Source: Zygophlyctis sp. KS116
Taxonomy: Eukaryota; Fungi; Chytridiomycota
Assembly (NCBI GenBank): GCA_054661495.1
Contig: BAAFSQ010000219.1
Coordinates: forward strand, 1-16,911
Direction: 5' to 3'
Length of the DNA stretch: 16,911 nt
Made by a program: the position numbers and the translations under genes. This document shows positions 1 to 10,076 of the stretch, piece after piece. The notes under the pieces are model-generated. The model saw only the letters and a program-made list of their open reading frames with translations, ran no database searches and was not told the origin of the DNA. The number at the start of each line of letters is the position of its first letter. The first letter of the stretch is position 1.

Positions 1-1400
1 GGTCGCATTTCCCTCTTTTCAAAAGTTTCCAAAATGATAGGATCATCTCTGATTGATTTGTCAATTCTTTCGTCTGCTAGTAATAATTTAACAACTTCCA
101 TGTGTGCACGATTTGCGGCATATATTATTGCTAGATTATTCTGGTCAGAAGGATCCACTCTAGGATCTGCTAATAAAACTTTATCAATTTCTAAATTTCC
201 ATTCTTACAGGACCCAACGAATGCTGCGTTTCGTCTCGCAGATGGATCGACTCTAGGATCTGCCAATAAAACTTTGACGGTTTCTAAATTTCCATATTTA
301 GCTGCATTGATAATTGATTGATTGTCTTCATCAGCAGGATTTGTTCTAGGATCTGCTAATAGAACTTTAACAATTTCTAATCTTCTATTCATACAGGCCC
401 CAACGATTGCTGCGTTACGTCTCGCAGATGGATCAACTCTAGGATCTCACAGTAAAACTTTGACGATTTCTAATCTTCCATCTCGAGCCGCTTCTATTAT
501 TGCTAGATTGTTTTCATCAGCAGGATTTGTTCTAGGATCTGCTAATAGAACTTTAACAATTTCTAATCTTCCATTCATACAGGCCCCAACGATTGCTGCG
601 TTACGACTTGCAGATGGATCAACTCTAGGATCTGACAGTAAAACTTTGACGATTTCTAATCTTCCATATTGAGCTGCATTGATAATTGCTTGATTTTCCT
701 GATCAGCAGGATTGACTCTAGGATCTGACATTAAAACTTTGACGATTTCTAAACTTCCATATTGAGCTGCTTTGATAATTGCTTTATTTTCCTGATCAGC
801 AGGATTGACTCTAGAATCTGCCAATAGAATTTTGAAAATTTCAATATTTCTAGATTGAGCTGCTTTGATAATTGCTTTATTTTCCTGTTCAGCAGGATTG
901 ACTTCAGGATCTGCTAAAAGAAATTTGACAATATTCTCGGCTGTAAATTGAATAGCATAAAACATTGCACTGTTCTTGGAAATTAAGTGAATATGTTCAT
1001 CATAGAGAAGTTTAACAACATCCAATTGTCCATATTTACAGGCGTCTTTTAATGCACTATCAAACATATTATAGATATGAATAATTCCTGGATCTATGAG
1101 AGCATCCCTGACCAAATCAAGATCTTGACTTAAAATGGCAAAAGTGACTTTATCAGTAACACCAGCTAGCGACTGAAACTTGGCATTCTTCAGCATTGCT
1201 TTTGCAAGACTTGGCTTTACCAGTTTATCAAAAATCTTATCAGCAAATCTATAATCATGGCCACTCTTATAATTATGATACTGAAAAGCTAATTCTTGAG
1301 AGATCTTGAGAGCCTCACATAGATAGAATGCATCGTTGAATTCTAACATCTCTATTATCAGTACAAGTATCTCTAGTGGAATCTTTCTAAATTGATTCAT
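1..1400 (-). pseudogene. F-box-like + ankyrin-repeat protein, copy B; premature TGA at 447-449; 3' end runs off the window
   Basis: First in-frame ATG is at 1400 (MNQFRKIPLEILVLIIEMLEFNDAFYLCEAL, resembling the F-box pattern LPxEILxxIxxxLxxxD). About 10 units of 31 aa (LLxDPRV[DN]PxxxxNxAIIxAAxxGxLEIVK) follow. The frame continues past the TGA into more repeats and the same tail as copy A (LLADERIDKSIRDDPIILETFEKREMRP). The sister unit 186 nt away has TCA (Ser) at this codon. Confidence 0.85.
60..930. repeat. Coding tandem array of ~93-nt ankyrin units (copy B)
   Basis: Recurring ctaggatctgctaataaaa-like cores at 93-nt spacing; near-identical block at ~328-481 and ~514-667 (offset 186). Confidence 0.9.
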
Positions 1401-1564
1401 CTTTGCCTTAAAACTTTCGGACAAAATTTCTAAATTTAGAACACCACATTGATCAGCAATATAAGCAGTCTTTTCACTGCCTTATTATCGATTTAAATAA
1501 ATATGATGTTTGTGCCTCATTTTAACGTTACTTTAGGGACTGATAATTATTCTTTTAAAGATCT

Positions 1565-3582
1565 TTAATCCCTAATATTGCAAATATCTTTTAAACGTCT
1601 GAAAAAGGGTCGCATTTCCCTCTTTTCAAAAGTTTCCAAAATGATAGGATCATCTCTGATTGATTTGTCAATTCTTTCGTCTGCCAGTAATAATTTAACA
1701 ATTTCTATCTGTGCAAGATTTGTGGCATTTATAATTGCGGAATTATTTGTGTCTGAAGGATCGATTCTAGGATCTGCTAATAAAAGTTTAACCATTTCTA
1801 ATCTTCCATGTATACAGGCCCCACCGAATGCTGCGTTTCGTCTCGCAGAAGGATCAACTCTAGGATCTGCCAATAAAACTTTGACAGTTTCTAAATTTCC
1901 ATTTTTAGCTGCATTGATAATTGCTTGATTGTTTTCATCAGCAGGATTTGTTCTAGGATTTGCTAATAAAAGTTTGAAAATTTCTACATTTCCATATCGA
2001 GCCGCTTCTATTATTGCTAGATTATTCTGGTCAGAAGGATCCAGTCTAGGATCTGCTAATAAAACTTTAACAATTTCTAAATTTCCATTCATACAGGCCC
2101 CAACGAATGCTCCGTTTCGTCTCGCAGAAGGATCAACTCTAGGATCTGCTAATAAAACTTTGACGGTTTCTAATCTTCCATCTCGAGCCGCTTCTATTAT
2201 TGCTAGATTGTTTTCATCAGCAGGATTTGTTCTAGGATCTGCTAATAAAAGTTTGAAAATTTCTGATCTTCCATATCGAGCCGCGTATATTATTGCTAGA
2301 TTATTCTGGTCAGAAGGATCCACTCTAGAATCTGCTAATAAAAGTTTAACAATTTCTAAATTTCCATTCGTACAGGCCCCAACGAATGCTGCGTTTCGTC
2401 TCTCAGAAGGATCAACTCTAGGATCTGCCAATAAAACTTTGACGATTTCTAATCTTCCATATTGTGCTGCGCTTATTATTGCTAGATTGTTTTCATCAGC
2501 AGGATTTGTTCTGGGATCTGCTAATAAAAGTTTAACAATTTCTAATCTTCCATCTCGAGCCGCTTCTATTATTGCTAGATTGTTTTCATCAGCAGGATTT
2601 GTTCTAGGATCTGCTAATAAAAGTTTGAAAATTTCTGATCTTCCATATCGAGCCGCGTATATTATTGCTAGATTATTCTGGTCAGAAGGATCCACTCTAG
2701 GATCTGCTAATAAAAGTTTTAGTATTTCAGCTTTAGCATATCTAGCCGCCATAATAATCGCAAAATTGTCCTGGTCAGAAGGATCCACTCTAGGATCTGC
2801 TAATAAACGTTTCACTATTCCTGCGACTCCTGTTCTAGCTGCCATAATAATCGCTTTATTTTCTTGATCAGAGAGGGATCGACTCTAGGATCTGCTAATA
2901 AAAGTTCCACTAGTTCATCACGAATAAATCTGACTGCCTCTATAATTACTTGATTTTTCTGATCAGAGGGATCGACTCTTGGATCTGACAGTAAAAATTT
3001 GACGATTTCTAAACTCCCATATTGAGCTGCATTGATAATTATTTGATTTTTCTGATCAGCAGGATTGACTCTAGAATCTGCTAAAAGAAATTTGACAATA
3101 TTCTCGGCTGTAAATTCCATTGCATAAAACATTGCCATGTTCTTGGAAATTAAGTTAATATGTTCATCAAAGAGAAGTTTAACAACATCCAATTGTCGAT
3201 ATTTGCAGGCGTCTTCTAATGCTATATCAAATATATTAATATGGAGATTAATAATTCTTGGATCTTTGAGAGCATCCCTGACGAAACCAAGATCTTGACT
3301 TATAATGGCAAAAGTGACTTTATCAGTAACACCAGCTACCGATTGAAAGCTAGAATTCTTAAACAGTGCCTTGGCAAAATTCGGATTTGCTATTTTCCTC
3401 CTATCATTGTCATAAATCGTTGACCACAATGAAATGCGGTACCTTGTATCATACTTGTGATACTGATAAACCAGTTCTTCTGAGATCTGAAGAGCCTCAC
3501 AGAGCTGAGATGCATCGTTGAATTCTAACATCTCTATTATCATTATAAGTATGTCTACTGGAATCTTTCTAAATCGATTCAT
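1565..3582 (-). pseudogene. F-box-like + ankyrin-repeat protein, copy A; 2-nt frameshift at about 2870-2875 (671 aa if corrected)
   Basis: ORFs 2815..3651 and 1565..2845 join if one AG is removed from gatcagagagggatc; the neighbouring unit reads gatcagagggatc. The join gives DPRVDPSDQENKAIIMAARTG. About 16 ankyrin units. Start ATG 3582 chosen by alignment to copy B; ATG 3651 is an alternative. The lesion could be a sequencing error. Confidence 0.85.
1670..3100. repeat. Coding tandem array of ~93-nt ankyrin units (copy A)
   Basis: 93-nt periodicity; near-identical block at ~2167-2327 and ~2539-2700 (offset 372 = 4 units). Confidence 0.9.
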
Positions 3583-3798
3583 CTTTACCTTGAAACTTTC
3601 GGACAAAATTTCTAAATTTAGAACACCACATTGATCAGCATTACTAAGCATGTCTTGTTGTTATTTTTGGCAATGCATTGAAGAGTCACTTTATGAGTGT
3701 CTTTAATCTGTCGGTGAGCTCTAACAGTACTTCAAGTGACCCAGTCCTTCCGTTGCACCCTGCCTCCTGATCTCCCTCACCAGTGTATTTGAAGCAGA

Positions 3799-4629
3799 AT
3801 GAAGGTTATACTTGATCATGTTCATTATATTCCTGTCTGGATATCACATCCCCTTCAATTTCTTAATCCTCATTTCTCGCATCTACTAAATTTACCCCAA
3901 AAGTATCTTTTATCTGGAATATTTTATGGAATATTTAGAATTTACAAGAGACAAAATATCATTTCGCTTCATTGGATTTGGGCCTTGATTTACTTTGCGC
4001 TGATTACCGCTCAATCGGCTTGTATAAAAGACTCGAGTCTCGCTGAATACGATCCTACAAATCAGTTTAATAATCTATTGACAAATGGAATATTCGAATT
4101 GGCTTTTAAATATGAAATGGGAATCAGGATCATAAGATTATATCAAGATTATTCTGGTATCGTTCCTGCGTATTATGCAGGATCTTTAGATGGTGAGTTT
4201 ATGTGGGCTACTCTTGTACATTCTTATTCGGCAAAGGATTTATATCCTTGGATTTGGTGGAAATATTTGGCTGTTTTTATAGATTCAATATGTATTTGTA
4301 TAGGATTAATCGCAAATGTACAATTCGCAAAGGGGTTTAGAATGATTGGATTAATAGTTCATTGGACTAGAAAGTTAAATTTGTTGTATCATATACTAAT
4401 TGGATCACATGTTCCTTGGTTATTATGGGTTCCAGATACTATTGTATTGACTGCTGCTTTTTTGTTTGACTTGGGTCTGTTTTTTGGGGTTTCTGGAGAT
4501 TCAGAAAATATTTCAAAGAAATCTAGAAAGAGGAAAAAATCAGTTTCAAAAGGCTATCATACTCGTTCTGCTTTAAGTAATCCTTCAGTGGCAGTAAAAG
4601 AATTAGCAAATACTTTCAAAAAAACATGA
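3799..4629 (+). CDS. Hypothetical multipass membrane protein (276 aa)
   Basis: Intronless ATG..TGA ORF with several hydrophobic/aromatic segments and a basic C-terminal tail (KKSRKRKK). No family recognised; start uncertain. Confidence 0.65.
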   Translation: MKVILDHVHYIPVWISHPLQFLNPHFSHLLNLPQKYLLSGIFYGIFRIYKRQNIISLHWIWALIYFALITAQSACIKDSSLAEYDPTNQFNNLLTNGIFELAFKYEMGIRIIRLYQDYSGIVPAYYAGSLDGEFMWATLVHSYSAKDLYPWIWWKYLAVFIDSICICIGLIANVQFAKGFRMIGLIVHWTRKLNLLYHILIGSHVPWLLWVPDTIVLTAAFLFDLGLFFGVSGDSENISKKSRKRKKSVSKGYHTRSALSNPSVAVKELANTFKKT

Positions 4630-4683
4630 TTTTAAAAAGTTAATTATTATTGGTATTCACAGTCATGGTTTATACCCCGATAG

Positions 4684-7600
4684 TTAGGATTTTCCTGAGT
4701 GGTTGAGTGCATTGAAGGAATTTTCTCGTTTTAAAGTAGAGCCGGGTGCTGCTAATGACCCACCGCCTGGGCGAGGACCCATGGCTGAGCCGACTCTTGT
4801 TGGCATCCTGGCAATCGCATTTCCCATACCTGATGCTCCTCCAGTTTGACGCCTTCCTGCTGCAGTTGTTTTTGCTGCTTCTTGAGCCATCTGTTGGGAT
4901 TTTAAGGGGGCGTTTAAATCAAAGTCAGAGGCATGTGCTGCTGCAAGTCTTTCATCAAAGGCCCTCAGAACATATGTATTCATTCCATTATAATTACCAT
5001 CTGGACCAGCATTAAAGTTGAATCCGTGATAATCTTTGACTTGTTCGTATGCGGTTTCAGATATATTAACGCAGCCTGTTGGCCCAATTTCCTGAACTTT
5101 TTCTGCAATTACGACTATTTCTTTAAAATTCAGTTTAAATACCTGTATCGCCTAAAAGATCATATCTAAAGTTTCGTGGTCCTCCCATAATAGCTCCGAC
5201 CGCTGGCCCTATAGTTCAGTATACTAAAAACGTACCTGTATGTATACCCACTCTCATTTTGACTGGTTTTCCTACATTTTTCTTGACAAATTCGGATTCA
5301 TTTAGCTGCTGACTTAGATATGCTTGCATTTGAAGGCCAACCAGGCAGATAGATATAGCCCCTGTTTTGGAGTTAGCGTTGGGATTAAATGATGAACATG
5401 CGACATACGCATCACCTATGGATATTAAAATAAAATAAAATACCAATTGTGGTTATTTTCTCCACGTTGTATTCTTCTGTTAAGTGATCAAAATATGTAA
5501 ATAGTGTATTAAGCATTTCCAGAATCACAGCTGGCTCCAATGTGCTCGACATGGCTGTAAACCTATATTTACTTAAAGGAGTAACAATACCCAGCGATAT
5601 CAAGTTGTAAGACTGAAATGATATTAAACTCCTCATAAACAATAGAGTTTGGATCCAAGAGTAATTTTTCGATCACTAATTGCGGCAAAATGCTATTGAG
5701 GACAGTTGCACTTTTCAAAATTTCTTCTGAAACTAGGTCAGCTTGAGTTTCCATTATAGCGTCGATCAGATATTCGAATCTAGTACTCTTTTCGAAGCGA
5801 TGAAATGCGACTGCCCAGAGAAGTAGCAACAACACAGAACTGATAGAACCAGCCCAGCTTATAGAGTCCGGAGCATTCAGATAATAATCTTGATATACGT
5901 GCTGATAAATCACAAATACTATCCCAAAAGAGATAGACACTACAAGCTTATGAATAAAAATAATTCCATCCATTCTGATCAGGAAGAAAGAAACGAGGAA
6001 AGGGATTGTACCTTCGGCAAGAAAGTGATATATGTAAAGTTTACTCCATTGAAGAGTAGCCATCACTGCAGTAACAGTTAGAGTTAAAACAGAAATTCCA
6101 AAATGAAGCATCCTCAGAGTGAATGAGGGATTCGGGTCGTCATCCCCAGCAGTAAAAACGGTAACCCCGCACAATAATAGCTGCAAACCAACCCCACTAA
6201 CCGCACAGGCCAGAGCTTGATTAAATATAGGGGCGTTTCCTTCAATTTGAACATTATTTCCTCGAGCGCTAACAACAGCTAGCCCAACTATTAATATTTC
6301 AATGAACAAAATTTGAAGCGAAGATCGTAAAAAAGGCCAGGTAGTTGCCAATGTGAAATCTAATTTGAATTGATCTTCAAGTGACACATGCTTGAATTTT
6401 AAGCTGAAATCCTCCACTTCCTTATATATTTCTTTGAAAAACTTATTTGAAGACTTTTTTCCTTTCGACCCAAGTTTTTTTATCATCCGCATGATCACGT
6501 CTATTAAAAATTCCTTGTTCTCTTCTGAATTTTCAGTTGTAAATTGTTTTTCATTTTGTTTAGGCTTTTTCGACTTATCTTTGGTTTCCGATGGGCCAGA
6601 CTGAGTGGCAGATTTTAAAGCGTTGATAGTTGTACCTTTCAAGTCCGCCGCCGAAGACTGGATAACTGAGCGCATCGGTTGGTTTTTGGTATTTCCACTG
6701 ATTTCCTGGTGAGAAGCATCCGCATTAGAAATTCTGTCCAAGCTCATCGACCTATAAAGCTGATCTAAAATCCTGTTTTTGCTTCCAAATCTACTCTTCG
6801 ATCCGGTAGAATTAGACTTCAACGATTCTTCAGAATTTGCAATTTCTGACTCGACCAACTTGCTCCGTTTTTTATTGGCGATATCAATAATAGTTTGTGG
6901 CACAATCGACTGTCTTCTATTTTTAGAAAAATCCAGCCTTTTATTTTGAAGGTCGGAGTTGGATTCTGCTGGTCCAACATTATTGAGAGCCCGGTTGCTT
7001 TTGTATAAGCTTTCAAACGATTTAACAACATTCACTCGAGAAAGCTGCCCTCTTGATTTGTTAATCGATTCATTTAGTTTTGTACTTAAATTCAAAGGGG
7101 CTTGTTCATTTACTGCTGGCGATGAGCCAAGAATGATACCGACATTAAAGAACGATGGATCTGACCCTTCAGATTTTTTAGATTCATGATCTCTCTCTGA
7201 AGCCTTTGATTTCGTCACTGACGAGAAATAATCATTACTATCATAGTGTTTCTTGTTATTCGACTGTTCATGCACTTTAAGTTTTGTAATATTATAAACC
7301 GGAATTTCTCCTTTTCCTTTAACATATTTTTCACCCAAGCAGACGCATTCATAGTTATATTTACAAAGTTCATAGCACTTTTCCGTCACCACAATATCAT
7401 TTCCTTTAGCCAAAGAGCACATCCTTGAAGAGGTATTCACCACATCACCATAAATTTCATAAACAAATTTCTTTTTTCCAACAATCCCTGCAACTATCGG
7501 TCCATAAGCTATTCCAAAACCCATATCAAGTTTTACTTGTATAGTCTCATTTTCTACTTCAAAGTCTTTGGCTTCTTCAAAATATTCCACTAAATTCAAT

Positions 7601-8967
7601 GCAAAGTCGGTCATTTCTTCCAAGAAACGATCACCCTCATTATTAATTCCACCTGCAATCAATATTTTACTAGATATTGTCTTAATTTTTTCCAGTGAGG
7701 GATAAAGAGCCATTGTATCATCAATGTACTCAAAACATCCATTCAGCATAATGACTGCCTCTTTCATAGAAATCATATGAGCAACATCCTTAAAATTTTT
7801 TAAATCTCCAAACATCACGCATGCTAATAAATTAGTTTGGATTCATTATTACACTTTGGAAAAGATTCGACAATCAGTCCAAAAGCTGTGGTTTCGCGAA
7901 GCTTTGAAACGATAGATTTTGGAAGTGATAAAGATAAAAGATAGTCAGTTTTGAGTCTCTCCTGCTTCATTTGTGCTAATTGAGTTTCAATACATAATGT
8001 CTTTAGATATCTTGAATTTAGTAATTCGGTTAATTACCTTAATCTTTTGAGCTCATCATTTTGAAAAATAAGACCCCAAACAGAAATAGCTGCCATTAAT
8101 ATCGGCAAGCCATAAATTACACATCTGATGATTGGAGAAAGAGAATTTTCTTTCCCAGATAGTCCCAATAGAAGTAACTTGATCAATGCAATAATGCTTA
8201 TAAGGAAAATCCCTATTGAAGCCTCAATAAATGAAGCGCTTAATCCACTGGTTATACTAAAGTAACAAATGTGTATCACAAGGCATGCACCGTTTATAGT
8301 TTCAAAAGATCCACCTGAAATCAAATCAAACATTGACGAGACAATTAATAATATCATCTAATAATTATTTTATATTAAAAATTACTTCAAATGCAAACAA
8401 TGCAAACCGCGACCATTTCGATTCCAAACATATTTCAACATAGTATTTTCCTTTTTCTACCCATGAGATGATCACAGCCAAGCACGATAAAACTATAGAG
8501 ATTGTCCATATTGTAGATGCAAATGAATTTACATTGATAATTGGATAATTAATCAATAGCAAAACTAGCAAGAGTGCTGAATAGAGCCTCGTCATTAAAA
8601 TCCTAACAGGCAGCAAATTCGTCCTAAAGTACATTTCTTCTCTCTTTGGTGAATTGAATATTAAGGTCCATGGATGAACTAAACGTTGCCAAATATCATC
8701 ATCTACAAAGGCGAAATCTTCATCAATTTCTTCTGCGCCAGCTTCTGCCGCAGTCTCTAGCCCGGCTAATTTAGAGTTTGAAACCGAACCATCCAATTCT
8801 ATTGGAGTAATTTTTGCATTTTTTTTGTCATCTAAACTGATATCCACAATCCCAAAAACCACATCATAAACCACATCTTTCCAGTCTTGAGGCCTTTCAT
8901 GCACCAGAGCATCTTTCTTTTCCTTTTTCAGAAGCTTGACATCCATTGATATTTCCCATTTATCCAT
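4684..8967 (-). CDS. 12-TM, two-domain class III adenylyl/guanylyl cyclase, ~1362 aa, 8 exons
   Basis: Introns at 8358-8385, 8011-8037, 7824-7852, 5563-5590, 5416-5443, 5209-5235 and 5115-5142 (all GT..AG on the minus strand, 27-29 nt) give a continuous 4089-nt frame. Splicing restores the motifs CVMFGDL, EKIKTISS, GIVGKKKFVYEIYGDVVNTSSRM, QLDIAGFT, EKITTIGDAY, MRVGIHTGPAVG and FRYDLLGDTV. About six hydrophobic helices precede each catalytic domain. Confidence 0.92.
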
Positions 8968-9194
8968 TCTTGGAGACTAAAGATGACGATAAAGACTGTA
9001 CTTGTCCGGAAATTTTAAAACATCGCGTCATGAAAACGCTTTCGTCGGATTTTTCCAACAATCTTTCAAGTTTCGGACTTCAAGTTTCGGAAATACCTCC
9101 AAGTATTTTGAATGGGAATGTAAACTTTTCAGAGAGGAAGAGTCTTTTTTTAATTTAACAATCTGAAATATTTACTTTTTTTAATCATGTTATT

Positions 9195-10076
9195 TTACTC
9201 TGTTCTAACAGTAGTTGCATCAATTTGCAACAGTCTTGGTAAAATATTCAATAATTTCAGCCTATAACCTGCATCATTCCCAGCTTGAACCGGATTCCCT
9301 TCAAAATAAACCGTAGTCAAACATTTCTTATCTTCTAATTGACTCTTTATTTGATCAAATGAAGAAATCTGATTATTAGAAATCCATAATTCTTCCAATT
9401 CTTGTAAATTCTCCAAACCTTTCAAATCTTGAATCCTATTAGAAGAAAGATCCAAAATCTTTAATTTTGACAATTTATCCAAATTTTTAATTTCTAAAAT
9501 TCCATTATGAGAAATATAAAACTCTTGTAAATTCTCCAAATCCTCTAAACCTTCCAATTCCACAATTCTATTACTTTGAAGCGAGAGTATTCGCAATTGA
9601 GATAAACCAGACAATCCATTCAACTTGGAAATTTTATTCTTCCCCAACCATAATTCTTGTAGATGATCCAAACCTTGTAAATTCTGAATATTTCTAATCT
9701 TATTGTCTCCCAATTCTAAATTTCTAATCGTACTTGATAAATTTTCAATTACTTGTATCCCATTTGCAATTAGAAAGAGTTCCTGTACATTATCAGGCAA
9801 GTTTTGAATTTTAGAAATCTTGTTAAAACTTAAATCCAAATATTTTGCAGTAAAAATCCCTTGAATTTCAGAAATTTGATTATCATAGAGATCCAACTCT
9901 TCCAGCTCTGTGAAATCCTTTAAATTTTCAATCACAGAAATCTTATTTTGTCGCAAGACCAGAGAATGAATTTTTGTAAATTGTGAAATTGCAATTGGAA
10001 TCTTTAAAATTCCATAATGCGTCAAATCTATAATTTTAGTATCCAAAGGAACTCCTTCAAAGTTTATTTCATTCAT
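9195..10076 (-). CDS. SDS22: Sds22/PPP1R7-like leucine-rich-repeat PP1 regulatory subunit
   Basis: 22-aa SDS22-class LRRs with family-typical LELGDNKIR, LQELWLGKNKI, LRILSLQSNRI, EFYISHNGI, plus the LRR cap TVYFEGNPVQ...YRLKL...LPRLLQIDAT. Confidence 0.88.
   Translation of the reverse strand: MNEINFEGVPLDTKIIDLTHYGILKIPIAISQFTKIHSLVLRQNKISVIENLKDFTELEELDLYDNQISEIQGIFTAKYLDLSFNKISKIQNLPDNVQELFLIANGIQVIENLSSTIRNLELGDNKIRNIQNLQGLDHLQELWLGKNKISKLNGLSGLSQLRILSLQSNRIVELEGLEDLENLQEFYISHNGILEIKNLDKLSKLKILDLSSNRIQDLKGLENLQELEELWISNNQISSFDQIKSQLEDKKCLTTVYFEGNPVQAGNDAGYRLKLLNILPRLLQIDATTVRTE

Noticed and set aside
447-449. Reassigned UGA or an alternative genetic code
   Set aside because: TGA ends other genes here (4627-4629, 12171-12173, PTP), Trp is encoded by TGG, and TAA is also used as a stop.
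34-2867. Long plus-strand ORFs (34..321, 322..672, 1578..1928, 1929..2867)
   Set aside because: Antisense shadows of the ankyrin arrays; one stop-poor frame is propagated by the repeats.
1-3100. CRISPR-like or diversity-generating-retroelement reading of the regular repeats
   Set aside because: The units are 93-nt coding ankyrin repeats without unique spacers; no cas or reverse transcriptase gene is present, and the context is eukaryotic.
3660-3798. GC-richer stretch with a short ORF (3693..3770) between divergent genes
   Set aside because: No recognisable motif, RNA structure or convincing splice to the 3799 ORF.
4684-8967. Separate small genes or a frameshifted cyclase pseudogene (ORFs of 99, 76, 76, 749, 107 and 200 aa)
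   Set aside because: Every break is explained by a 27-29-nt GT-AG intron, giving one intact frame.
4746-9158. Short plus-strand and alternative-frame ORFs over and just upstream of the cyclase
   Set aside because: They overlap a well-supported gene or its upstream region and show no protein-like motifs.
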